The notes: generated by a model from the sequence alone, not told the origin. A stretch of 34,490 bases of DNA from an uncultured Ruminococcus sp. (GCA_902793915.1 CADBFJ010000021.1:1-34490); one strand, 5' to 3'. Positions 9,400 through 18,067 are shown, counted from the stretch's first letter. Numbers and translations: made by a program.

Positions 9400-9444
9400 G
9401 TCTCTTTCTCCTTTTTTTATGTTAATCTTTTGAATGAACGGAAT

Positions 9445-10020
9445 TTATGCCAAAACCTCGCCGTAGACTTCGCCAAAGGCGGAGGCGGCATTGCACTCGT
9501 CGGTGTCAATGTGCATGGCGAGCGCAAAGTTGGGGTTGACGCGGACGACCACGTCGTCAAAAATGAGCGAACGCTCGGAGTTGATCTTGACCTTGACGAT
9601 CTGCTTGTCCTTGACGCCGAAGGCTTCGGCATCGGCGGGGGTCATGTGAATGTGGCGCTTTGCGATGATGACGCCTTCGTTGATCGTGATCTCTCCTGCG
9701 GGACCGACAAGTTTAAGACCCGGAGTTCCCGCGGTGTCACCGCTCTCGCGGACCGGCACGCCGGCAAGTCCGAGTGCACGCGCGTCGGTGTAGGAAAGCT
9801 CGACCTGATTGGATTTTCTCTCGGGACCCAGAACGCTGACTGCGAGGCTGCCTTTGGGGCCGACGAGCGTGATTTTTTCATTGCCGCAGGCAAACTGCCC
9901 GGGTTGGCTGAGCATCTTTTTGACGGTCAGCTCGGCGCCCTTTCCATAGAGCGCTTCAACTGCTTCTTTCGTCAGGTGAATGTGTCTTGCGGAAGTTTCG
10001 ACCAAGACTTTCTTTTCCAT
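9445..10020 (-). CDS. pduL: Phosphate propanoyltransferase PduL-like (acyl-CoA:phosphate acyltransferase)
   Basis: The start is at the Met of MEKKVLVE. Two PduL repeats each carry the RHIH motif (SARHIHLT and AKRHIHMT). About 191 aa. Confidence 0.85.
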   Translation of the reverse strand: MEKKVLVETSARHIHLTKEAVEALYGKGAELTVKKMLSQPGQFACGNEKITLVGPKGSLAVSVLGPERKSNQVELSYTDARALGLAGVPVRESGDTAGTPGLKLVGPAGEITINEGVIIAKRHIHMTPADAEAFGVKDKQIVKVKINSERSLIFDDVVVRVNPNFALAMHIDTDECNAASAFGEVYGEVLA

Positions 10021-10080
10021 AATTTCAAAAGACCTTTCTTTCAAATTTCGCTTTGGGGCATTTTTACCCCAGACACAATC

Positions 10081-10109
10081 ATTATAGCATATCCTTTTTG
10101 TTTTGTAAA
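10081..10109 (-). promoter_or_regulatory. Sigma-A-type promoter for the pduL operon
   Basis: On the minus strand the sequence reads TTTACA, a 17-nt spacer, then TATAAT with a TGc extended -10. It lies about 60 nt upstream of the pduL start. Confidence 0.6.
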
Positions 10110-10200
10110 GCAGTCTTTGCAACAAAATCGCTTTACATAGGAAGAAATTTTGCGGTTCATAATAGTTTCAAACAGTGAAAAAACGCGAAGGAGTGTAAGA

Positions 10201-10899
10201 ATGGAACCCAAACGAAAAGATCGTCCCGAAGTTGCCGAGCTTTTCCATATCAAAGCGGAGAACGAGCCGTTTCCCTGCATTTCCATTATTGGGCAGATCG
10301 AAGGGCATTATTTGCTCGGAGACGGGCAAAAAGCGACCAAATACGAAGAAATTTTGCCGCGCCTTGTTTCCATGGAGCAGGACGAAGAAGTGCGAGGACT
10401 GCTCATTTTGCTCAACACGATGGGAGGCGACGTGGAAGCCGGCATGGCGCTCTCGGAGCTCATCGCCTCTCTCTCCAAGCCGACCGTCTCTCTGGTGCTC
10501 GGCGGAGGACACTCGATCGGCGTGCCGCTTGCCACGGCTGCGGATTATTCTCTCATCGTTCCAAGTGCCACGATGACGGTACACCCGGTCAGGATCAACG
10601 GCACGGTGCTCGGTGTTCCGCAATCCTTCCTCTATATGAGCGAAATGCAAAAACGGATCATTGGTTTTATCTGCGCCCACTCAAAAGCGAAGGAAGAAAC
10701 GATCCGAGAGCTCATGATGCGCCCCGACCAGCTCGCCACCGACTGCGGTTCTGTGCTCGAAGGAAAGGAAGCGGTCGAGTATGGGATTATCGACGAAGTA
10801 GGCGGGCTTTCGCGCGCGATGGAGAAACTGCGCGAACTTTCCAAAACTCCTGCGAAAAAACTCTCTCAAAAAGACGAAAAAAGGGGCGGGAGCACTTGA
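10201..10899 (+). CDS. tepA: ClpP-family translocation-enhancing protein TepA
   Basis: AAGGAG RBS 7 nt before ATG 10201. It closely resembles my recollection of B. subtilis TepA/YmfB (IIGQIEGH, LNTMGGDVEAG, SKPTVSLVLGGGHSIGVP, TMTVHPVR). Confidence 0.85.
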   Translation: MEPKRKDRPEVAELFHIKAENEPFPCISIIGQIEGHYLLGDGQKATKYEEILPRLVSMEQDEEVRGLLILLNTMGGDVEAGMALSELIASLSKPTVSLVLGGGHSIGVPLATAADYSLIVPSATMTVHPVRINGTVLGVPQSFLYMSEMQKRIIGFICAHSKAKEETIRELMMRPDQLATDCGSVLEGKEAVEYGIIDEVGGLSRAMEKLRELSKTPAKKLSQKDEKRGGST

Positions 10900-10924
10900 A
10901 ACCGAAAAAGAAGTGTGCTATAAT
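10896..10924 (+). promoter_or_regulatory. Sigma-A-type promoter upstream of the exonuclease/thiI genes
   Basis: TTGAAA, a 17-nt spacer, then TATAAT with a TGc extended -10. Confidence 0.6.
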
Positions 10925-10992
10925 ATAGTGAAAATTATTTGTCTTTTTATAAGACGATCGAATAAACCACCGAAAAACGGTGAGGAGGACCC

Positions 10993-12075
10993 TTGAAAGA
11001 GAGCATGAAACTGCGGTCGGGTGCGACCATTCCGCAGCTGACGCCCGAAGCGGCAAAGGAAAAAAGCTACCTGACCCGCGCGGCGCTGATACAAATGCAC
11101 CTGACCCCATCCGGAAGCCCCGTTGCGTTTTTTGAAAACCCCGACGGGAGCATTACTTATTTTTTTGACCCGACGAAATTGGTTGAAACGCCGCCCGAAC
11201 TCTGGTACGCGCCGAAGCAGAAGACCGAGACGATGACGACCGAGAACGGTCGAAAACTCATCAAGATGAACACGCGCCGCGCCGCCGCCTTTGGATATTA
11301 CACCAAAGAGCGCCTCTCGCAGATGAACTACGACGTCATTGAAGAACCGGTCGCTTATACCACGCGCAGAGATAAGAGCGTCGCCTATTTCTACGATAAA
11401 AAGACGGCGATCAAGCGCCCTCTCCTGTGCGTCAAGTGCGGCAAAGAGGTGCGCTATCGCCACAAGCTCTGCCGCGCCTGTTTTGAAGAAGATCTCGTTT
11501 TGCGCAGGGAAGAGGGCGACGCCTATCGCGCTCAACACTTCCACGCAAAGAGGGAAGAGGTACTCTTCTTCGATTTGGAACTCACCGGCGTTTATGATCA
11601 CGACGAAATCCTTTCGATCACGATCATCAACGGCAAGGGCGAAATTCTTATGGACACGCTGGTAAAACCTGCCCGCAAAAAACGCTGGAAGCAGACCGAA
11701 AAGATCCATGGAATTACGCCGGATATGGTGCAGGATGCGCCGACGCTCGTTGAGCTGACCCCGCGCATCAAAGAGATCTTTGCCGGTGCAAAGCAACTCA
11801 TTGCTTACGGGATTTCAACCGATTACAGCCACATCAAAAAGATCTATGAAACAAAGGAAGAGCAGGAAGCTTTGCGCGAAAAGACGCGTTGCGCCGCGGT
11901 CGAATTTGTCCGCTACCGCAACGAGCACGAGCCCGAATTTCTGCACGCCTCGCTCGGCGACGCCATGGCAATGCTCGGCGTTGAGTGGGACGGCGTTGCC
12001 CACACCTCGATCGCAGATACGATCGGTTGTGCAAAGGTCTGGGAAAAGCTTTTTCCCAACTACTACGACGATTGA
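10993..12075 (+). CDS. DEDDh (DnaQ-like) 3'-5' exonuclease with an N-terminal tandem-repeat domain and CxxC-CxxC zinc ribbon
   Basis: GAGGAGG RBS. The start is TTG at 10993 (alternative ATG at 11005). Exo motifs are FFDLELTG, AYGISTDYSHI and HTSIADT. The N-terminal region of about 190 aa is not recognised. Confidence 0.75.
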   Translation: MKESMKLRSGATIPQLTPEAAKEKSYLTRAALIQMHLTPSGSPVAFFENPDGSITYFFDPTKLVETPPELWYAPKQKTETMTTENGRKLIKMNTRRAAAFGYYTKERLSQMNYDVIEEPVAYTTRRDKSVAYFYDKKTAIKRPLLCVKCGKEVRYRHKLCRACFEEDLVLRREEGDAYRAQHFHAKREEVLFFDLELTGVYDHDEILSITIINGKGEILMDTLVKPARKKRWKQTEKIHGITPDMVQDAPTLVELTPRIKEIFAGAKQLIAYGISTDYSHIKKIYETKEEQEALREKTRCAAVEFVRYRNEHEPEFLHASLGDAMAMLGVEWDGVAHTSIADTIGCAKVWEKLFPNYYDD

Positions 12076-12086
12076 AAGGGGAGACT

Positions 12087-13268
12087 ATGAAAGAACTGCT
12101 CCTCTGCAAATATGGCGAGCTCATCTTAAAAGGGAGCAACCGCCGTTATTTTGAAGACACGCTTTGCAAAACGCTGCGTTTCCGCGCAAAGCATTACGGT
12201 TCTTTTGCCATCAACCGCTCGCAAAGCACCATTACGATCGAGCAGAAAGACGATAACTGCGATCTCGACGGGCTGTTTGACGCAGTCTCCAAGGTCTTTG
12301 GTATTTCGGCGGTCAGCCGTTGCGTCGTTTGCGACAAGACGATGGAGAGCATCGAACAAACCGTGCGCGACTATCTGCCGCCTTACCTTGCGGGCAAAAA
12401 GACCTTCAAAGTTGAATGCAAGCGCTCGGACAAGACCTTTCCGCTCGGGTCGATCGAACTTGCCGCCGAAGTGGGCGGAGTGATCCTTTCGATGATGCCG
12501 AAACTGAAAGTCGACGTCCACAACCCAGAAGTGCTTGTGCAGGTGGAGATCCGCCAATACGGCGCCTATATCCACGCAGGGCAGTTCAAGGGCGCCGGCG
12601 GTATCCCGATCGGCACGAGCGGCAAAGCGCTCCTCCTGCTTTCGGGCGGGATCGATTCACCGGTCGCGGGATACATGATCGCCAAGCGCGGCGTTCAGCT
12701 CGAAGCCGTGCATTTTGAATCCTTCCCCTACACCAGTGAGCTTGCGCGAGAAAAAGTCATTCGCCTTGCGCGTCAGATATCGGGATACACAGGCTCGTTC
12801 AACCTGCACGTCGTTTCCTTGACGCACATTCAGGAAGAACTCGTCAAGTCTTGTACCGAGGATTATTTCACGCTTCTTTTGCGCCGCTACATGATGGCGA
12901 TTGCCGATAAAATCGCGCACGCGACCGATTGCGGCGGCATCGTCACAGGCGAGAGTTTAGGGCAGGTCGCGTCGCAGACCATGCAGGCGATCGGCGTGAC
13001 CGATCCCATGTCCTCTCTTCCTGTCTTCCGCCCCTGCATCGGGCTTGACAAAGAAGAGATCATCGGGTTTGCCCGCAAGATCGGCACCTTCGATATTTCG
13101 ATCGAGCCTTATGAGGATTGCTGCACGGTCTTCACGCCACGCCATCCCATGACCAAACCGAAGCTCGAAAAGGTCTTGGAAGAAGAGAAAAAACTCGATT
13201 TTGACGCACTGGTGGAAGAAGCGCTCGCAACCGACAAGGTCGAGCGCATCCGCACAGAGTTCAATTAA
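12087..13268 (+). CDS. thiI: tRNA 4-thiouridine(8) synthase ThiI (short form without rhodanese domain)
   Basis: AAGGGGAG RBS. It has an N-terminal ferredoxin-like/THUMP region and the PP-loop LLLSGGIDSPVA. The 393-aa length is as in Firmicutes ThiI. Confidence 0.9.
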   Translation: MKELLLCKYGELILKGSNRRYFEDTLCKTLRFRAKHYGSFAINRSQSTITIEQKDDNCDLDGLFDAVSKVFGISAVSRCVVCDKTMESIEQTVRDYLPPYLAGKKTFKVECKRSDKTFPLGSIELAAEVGGVILSMMPKLKVDVHNPEVLVQVEIRQYGAYIHAGQFKGAGGIPIGTSGKALLLLSGGIDSPVAGYMIAKRGVQLEAVHFESFPYTSELAREKVIRLARQISGYTGSFNLHVVSLTHIQEELVKSCTEDYFTLLLRRYMMAIADKIAHATDCGGIVTGESLGQVASQTMQAIGVTDPMSSLPVFRPCIGLDKEEIIGFARKIGTFDISIEPYEDCCTVFTPRHPMTKPKLEKVLEEEKKLDFDALVEEALATDKVERIRTEFN

Positions 13269-13320
13269 GAATGAAAAATGAAGACTTTTCCAAATTTCAA
13301 CGAGAAAGAGGAACAAGGAT

Positions 13321-13881
13321 ATGGAACAAAAGTATTACCACATGACGATTGCTGGTTGTGAGCGCGATCTGCCGCTTTGCCGCCTGAACGACGACCTGAT
13401 GATCGCGGGCTTTGTAATTTTTGGCGATCCCGAACTGACCACCGCCTGCGCAAAGGAACTGCTTGCAAAAGCGCCTGCGTACGATTATTTGATCACCGCA
13501 GAGGCAAAGGGTATTCCGCTCGTTCACGAGATGGCGCGCCTTGCGGGAAATCAAAAGTATTTCCTGGCAAGAAAGAACCCGAAGCTCTATATGACCGGCG
13601 TCTTTGAAGCTACCGTGCGTTCGATCACCACCGAAAAAGTGCAAAAGCTCTATCTCGACAAGGTCGACGCAGACCTTATGCGCGGTAAAAAGATCCTTAT
13701 CGTCGACGACGTAATCTCGACCGGCGAGTCTCTCCACGGTCTGGAACAGCTTGTGGAACTTGCCGGCGGCATCATTTGCGGTCGCATGGCGATCCTCGCC
13801 GAGGGCGACGCCACCAAGAGAGACGATCTCATTTATCTCGAACCCCTGCCGCTCTTTGATAAGACCGGCAAAGCCATTTGA
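13321..13881 (+). CDS. Phosphoribosyltransferase family protein (purine/adenine PRT-like)
   Basis: It carries the PRPP-binding motif KILIVDDVISTGESL. 186 aa. Confidence 0.8.
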   Translation: MEQKYYHMTIAGCERDLPLCRLNDDLMIAGFVIFGDPELTTACAKELLAKAPAYDYLITAEAKGIPLVHEMARLAGNQKYFLARKNPKLYMTGVFEATVRSITTEKVQKLYLDKVDADLMRGKKILIVDDVISTGESLHGLEQLVELAGGIICGRMAILAEGDATKRDDLIYLEPLPLFDKTGKAI

Positions 13882-13913
13882 TTTTTTGCTTTCAGAGCGG
13901 AAAGGAATTTTTT

Positions 13914-15139
13914 ATGGAAAGAACCTACATCGGAACCATCACGCCGGGCGCAAAGTACAAGATCTCGGGCTTCATTGAAAACCTGCGAAACAAGCGCACC
14001 ATGGCGTTCCTCGTCGTGCGCGACATCACCGGCAAGATCCAGGTGACGCTCGAAAAAGAGAAGCGCCCCGATTTGGCGGCTTTGGTCGATCAGATGACGC
14101 TCGACTCTGTCATCACGGTCGAAGGTGACGTCGTCGCCAACGATTTTGTGAAAATGGGCGGCAAAGAACTTCTGCCCGAATCCATCAAGATCGAATCGAT
14201 CGCCGAGCCGCTCCCGATCGCGGATGACTCCGAGATCGACTCTCGCATGGACTTCCGTTGGATCGATATGCGCAGGGAAAAGAACCAGCTCATGATGCAG
14301 ATGCAGACGACTCTGACTGCCGCTATGCGCGAGTTCCTTCTTGCGCGCAACTTCGTCGAGATCCATACCCCGAAGCTCATCGGAGCTGCGAGCGAGTCGG
14401 GCTCTGACGTTTTTGAAGTCAAGTATTTTGATACCAAAGCCTACCTTGCCCAGTCGCCCCAATTCTACAAACAGATGGCGATGGCATCGGGGCTTGACCG
14501 TATCTTTGAAAGCGGTCCCGTGTTCCGCGCCGAAAAGTCCTATACCAACAAGCACGCCACCGAGTTCACCGGTTTCGATCTGGAATTCAGCTACGTGACC
14601 TCTTGTGACGACGTGATGCACATGGAAGAAGAACTGCTTGCTTACGCCTTTGCAAAGGTGGCTGAAAAGCACGGCGAGAAGATCAAAGAGCTGTTCGGCA
14701 AAGAAGTGATCGTTCCGACCGTTCCGTTCCCGCGCATGAAGCTCTGCGACGTTTACAAAGAACTCGAAGAGCGCTACGGATACAAGGTGACCGATGAAGT
14801 CAAGGGCGACCTGACCACCGACGCTACGACGCCAAAGAGCGCGCGTTCTATCATATGCGTGACGAGCGCGGGGTGCCTATGGGCTACGACCTCATCTGGC
14901 GCGGCTGTGAGATCACGACCGGCGCCGTCCGCGAGCACCGCTACGAGATCCTCAAAAAGCAAGCCGACGAAAAGGGACTTGGCAAGGACGTGGAGTTCTA
15001 TCTCCAGTTCTTCCGCTACGGTTGCCCGCCGCACGGCGGCTTCGGCTTGGGCCTTGACCGCATGACCATGCTCTTCCTGGGGCTTTCGATCAAAGAGGCA
15101 GAGTTCCTCTTCCGCGGACCCAACCGCCTCACTCCGTAA
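13914..15139 (+). pseudogene. aspS: Aspartate--tRNA ligase, archaeal/eukaryal type (class IIb), with its reading frame disrupted near 14820-14835
   Basis: The N-terminal OB fold and catalytic motifs 1 and 2 (AQSPQFYKQ, FRAEKSYTNKHATEF) are in frame 0 up to GDLTTDA. The C-terminal part (RYDAKERAFYHMRDE ... GCPPHGGFGLGLDRMTM ... FRGPNRLTP) is in another frame (ORF 14855-15139). The frame-0 continuation is a nonsense tail running to 15065. Confidence 0.8.
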
Positions 15140-15156
15140 CAATCAAAAAAGAAAGG

Positions 15157-15185
15157 GAAGGTTTGCAGAAATGCAAACCTTCTTT
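15157..15185 (+). terminator. Rho-independent terminator after aspS
   Basis: Stem GAAGGTTTGCA / TGCAAACCTTC with loop GAAA, followed by TTT. Confidence 0.8.
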
Positions 15186-15193
15186 AAAAGGAT

Positions 15194-16495
15194 ATGGTAG
15201 AATTACTTTCCCCCGCGGGGAATTTTGAAAAACTGAAAGCGGCGCTTTTGTTCGGAGCCGACGCAGTCTACTGTGCGGGGCAGGCGTTCGGGATGCGCTC
15301 GGCTGCTGAAAACTTTACGGTCGAGGAGCTTTACGAGGCGGTCGCCTACACGCACGAACGCGGGAAAAAACTCTATTTGACCGTCAATACGCTCCCGCAC
15401 ATGGACGAATACGACGCGCTCAAAAACTTTCTTGTCGCGATCAAGGATGCGGGGATCGACGCTTTCATCGTCGCCGACCTCGGTGTGATGACGCTTCTGC
15501 GCAAGATCATTCCGAACGCGGAAATTCATATTTCCACCCAGACCAGTGTGGTCAGCTCATCGGCAGTCAAAGCCTATGCGGCGCTCGGCGCCAAACGCAT
15601 CGTTCTGGCGCGCGAACTGACCTTGCGCGAGATCAAGGCGATCCGAAAAGAAGTGCCCGAGGAGATCGAACTCGAGGCATTTATCCACGGCTCTATGTGC
15701 GTCTCTTACAGCGGCAGATGCCTGCTTGCCAACGCCTTAAATCGGCGTGACGGCAACCGCGGCACCTGCACGCAACCCTGCCGCTGGAACTATACGATCG
15801 TAGAGGAAAAACGCCCGAACGAGCCGCTTCCGATCGAAGAACAAGAGGGCATTGGGACTTTTATCATGTCCTCGAAAGATCTTTGCATGATCGAGCATAT
15901 TCCCGAACTCATGGAGAGCGGGATCTCCTCGTTTAAGATCGAGGGGCGCATGAAGAGCGCCTATTACACGGCGGTGGTGACCAACGCCTACCGCCTTGCG
16001 ATTGATACCTATTTGAAAGACCCCGCGGGATACCGTTTTGATCCGGCATGGCTTTCTGAACTCGAAAGCGTCTCGCACAGGGAATACGGCACGGGATTTT
16101 ATTTCGATGACCCGATGGAAAACCCGCAACTGGTTTCCAAGTGCGGCTATCTGCGCGAAAAAGCATATTTTTCCACCGCGATCGAATATGATGAGGGCGA
16201 AGCCCAAACCATCAAGTCCTGCGGCGTTTCTCTTGAAACTGCCGATGGAAAACTTTATCGCTTTATTCAAAGAAACAAAGTTTCTGCGGGTGAGGATGCA
16301 GAACTGATTTCCCCCGGTAAAGTCGGCGCCGCTTTCCAAGTGAAAGAACTTTACGCGCCTGACGGAACGCCGCTCGAATCAACGCCGCATCCCTCGATGA
16401 TCTACTGGTGCCGCGTACCGCTTGACGTAAAAGTCGGCGACATTCTCCGTGCGGGATACGGAAAAGGACTGGAGGAAAGGGCAAAAGATATCTGA
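15194..16495 (+). CDS. Peptidase U32 family protein (RlhA/TrhP-type RNA hydroxylation enzyme family)
   Basis: The N-terminus MVELLSPAGNFEKLKAALLFGADAVY is characteristic of U32. A Cys-rich segment (CVSYSGRCLLAN ... CTQPCR) is present. 433 aa. Confidence 0.9.
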   Translation: MVELLSPAGNFEKLKAALLFGADAVYCAGQAFGMRSAAENFTVEELYEAVAYTHERGKKLYLTVNTLPHMDEYDALKNFLVAIKDAGIDAFIVADLGVMTLLRKIIPNAEIHISTQTSVVSSSAVKAYAALGAKRIVLARELTLREIKAIRKEVPEEIELEAFIHGSMCVSYSGRCLLANALNRRDGNRGTCTQPCRWNYTIVEEKRPNEPLPIEEQEGIGTFIMSSKDLCMIEHIPELMESGISSFKIEGRMKSAYYTAVVTNAYRLAIDTYLKDPAGYRFDPAWLSELESVSHREYGTGFYFDDPMENPQLVSKCGYLREKAYFSTAIEYDEGEAQTIKSCGVSLETADGKLYRFIQRNKVSAGEDAELISPGKVGAAFQVKELYAPDGTPLESTPHPSMIYWCRVPLDVKVGDILRAGYGKGLEERAKDI

Positions 16496-16511
16496 AAGGA
16501 TCTTTGTCCTT

Positions 16512-17396
16512 ATGTTCTTTGAGTATCTCAAAGCGCTCCTCTATGGCATTTTGGAAGGCGTGACCGAGTGGCTGCCGATCAGCTCCACCGGACACCTGAT
16601 TCTCCTTGCCGACCGCCTGCCGTTTGCTTTTTCAAGCGATCCGATTTTTCTTTCGGAGTTTTGGGAGTTTTTTGAAGTGGCGGTGCAACTGGGCGCGATT
16701 CTTGCCTTGCCGGTTTTGTTCTCCGAGCGGATCTTTCCGCCGAAAAAAGAGTCAAGTCCTTTGCAAAAAGCCGTATGGAAACAGCTTTGGAAGCGGGTGA
16801 TTCTCGCCTCGATCCCGGCGGCGCTTGCCGGGATCCTGCTCGATCGTTTCCTCGAGCATTTGACCGGCAAAGATTTGCAAGACTGGCTCTATCGCCCGCC
16901 TGTCGTGGCGCTGACCTTGATCCTTTATGGCATTGCTTTTTTGTGTGTGGATCGGCGCGGGCGTTCTTTTTCGGTTTTTTCGATCGAGGAGATCTCAAAT
17001 CGAAAAGCGTTTGCCGTCGGTGCGTTTCAGGCGCTTTCGCTCGTTCCGGGAACTTCGCGTTCGGGTTCTACGATCCTCGGCGCTACGGCGCTCGGGATCG
17101 CACGAAAACCCGCGTCCGAGTTTTCCTTTTTCCTTGCAATTCCCGCGCTTTGCGGCGCGTCCTGCCTTAAGGCGATCGGATTTTTCGGCTTTTTGCGCGA
17201 AAGCCGGACAGTACTGACGGGTACTGCCGCCGGTCTGCTTTTTGTCGGTTGTCTTGCATCCTTTTTGGTTTCGTTGGTCAGCATCCGCTTTTTACTCAAT
17301 TTTGTGGGACGACATTCGTTTCGGGCGTTCGGAATTTACCGGATTGCGCTCGGGGCGTTCGTCCTTGTCGATCTGTTTTGGAAAGGAGGTTTTTGA
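16512..17396 (+). CDS. uppP: Undecaprenyl-diphosphate phosphatase
   Basis: It has the EGVTEWLPISSTGH motif at the N-terminus and the PGTSRSGSTI motif. It is a polytopic membrane protein. Confidence 0.9.
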   Translation: MFFEYLKALLYGILEGVTEWLPISSTGHLILLADRLPFAFSSDPIFLSEFWEFFEVAVQLGAILALPVLFSERIFPPKKESSPLQKAVWKQLWKRVILASIPAALAGILLDRFLEHLTGKDLQDWLYRPPVVALTLILYGIAFLCVDRRGRSFSVFSIEEISNRKAFAVGAFQALSLVPGTSRSGSTILGATALGIARKPASEFSFFLAIPALCGASCLKAIGFFGFLRESRTVLTGTAAGLLFVGCLASFLVSLVSIRFLLNFVGRHSFRAFGIYRIALGAFVLVDLFWKGGF

Positions 17397-17397
17397 A

Positions 17398-17988
17398 GTG
17401 GAAGAAAAACTGAAAATCCCGTATCCCGTCATCGTGGAAGGGAAGTACGACCGCCAGCGGCTCGAATGTGTAATGGCGGGAAAGATCCTTACGACCGACG
17501 GCTTCGGCGTGTTCAAAAAGAAAGAACTCTTGCAGCTCTTTCGTACGCTCTCCGAAAAGACCCCTCTCATTTTGCTGACCGACAGCGACGGGGCGGGGAA
17601 GCTCATTCGCTCCTATTTGACCTCCGCGATTCCGAAGGATCGGCTCATCCAACTTTACGTGCCGAGGATCGAGGGCAAGGAGAAAAGAAAAGCCGCGCCG
17701 TCCGCCGAAGGCATTTTGGGGGTGGAAGGCATGGAGCAAAAACTGCTTTTTGACCTGCTATCTCCCTATGCGGATCCGCAAGCGGTTGAAAAGCGGCTTA
17801 TGGATAATCCGCTTTCCAAAACAGATCTTTATCTCGACGGTCTTACCGGCCGTCCCGATAGCAAGATCAAACGGGACGAGCTTGCCGAACGTCTCGGACT
17901 TCCTTCCGGGATGACACCGAGCGCGTTTCTCTCTGCGCTTCGCATTTTGCTTTCCTATGAAGAATACTGCTCGCTCGTCGGCAGATGA
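17398..17988 (+). CDS. Toprim-domain protein (RNase M5-like / YusF-DUF4093 type)
   Basis: AGGAGG lies 8 nt before GTG 17398, one nt after the uppP stop. The Toprim motifs VIVEGKYD and LLTDSDGAG are present. Confidence 0.7.
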   Translation: MEEKLKIPYPVIVEGKYDRQRLECVMAGKILTTDGFGVFKKKELLQLFRTLSEKTPLILLTDSDGAGKLIRSYLTSAIPKDRLIQLYVPRIEGKEKRKAAPSAEGILGVEGMEQKLLFDLLSPYADPQAVEKRLMDNPLSKTDLYLDGLTGRPDSKIKRDELAERLGLPSGMTPSAFLSALRILLSYEEYCSLVGR

Positions 17989-17996
17989 TAAAAAAA

Positions 17997-18035
17997 GAAC
18001 CGCAGGGGGATACCCTGCGGTTCTTTCCTTTGTTT
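17997..18035. terminator. Bidirectional terminator between the Toprim gene and the convergent zinc-ribbon gene
   Basis: Stem GAACCGCAGGG / CCCTGCGGTTC with loop GGATA. An A-run precedes it and a T-rich tract follows. Confidence 0.8.
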
Positions 18036-18067
18036 CGGAGTTCTATCTCACAAGATGAAGAGAGAGA

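Noticed and set aside
7635-10140. Two very long plus-strand ORFs (362 aa at 7635-8723 and 494 aa at 8656-10140).
   Set aside because: They are exact antisense shadows of the GGGtGRT, NifU-like and PduL genes. Their translations are Gly/Val/Ala/Asp/His/Arg-rich with no recognisable motifs or RBSs. The minus-strand genes have family motifs, RBSs, a promoter and a terminator.
14855-15139. A 94-aa ORF considered as an independent small gene.
   Set aside because: It is the motif-3 C-terminal fragment of the disrupted aspS. Similarity extends upstream of its ATG in the same frame (RYDAKERAFYH).
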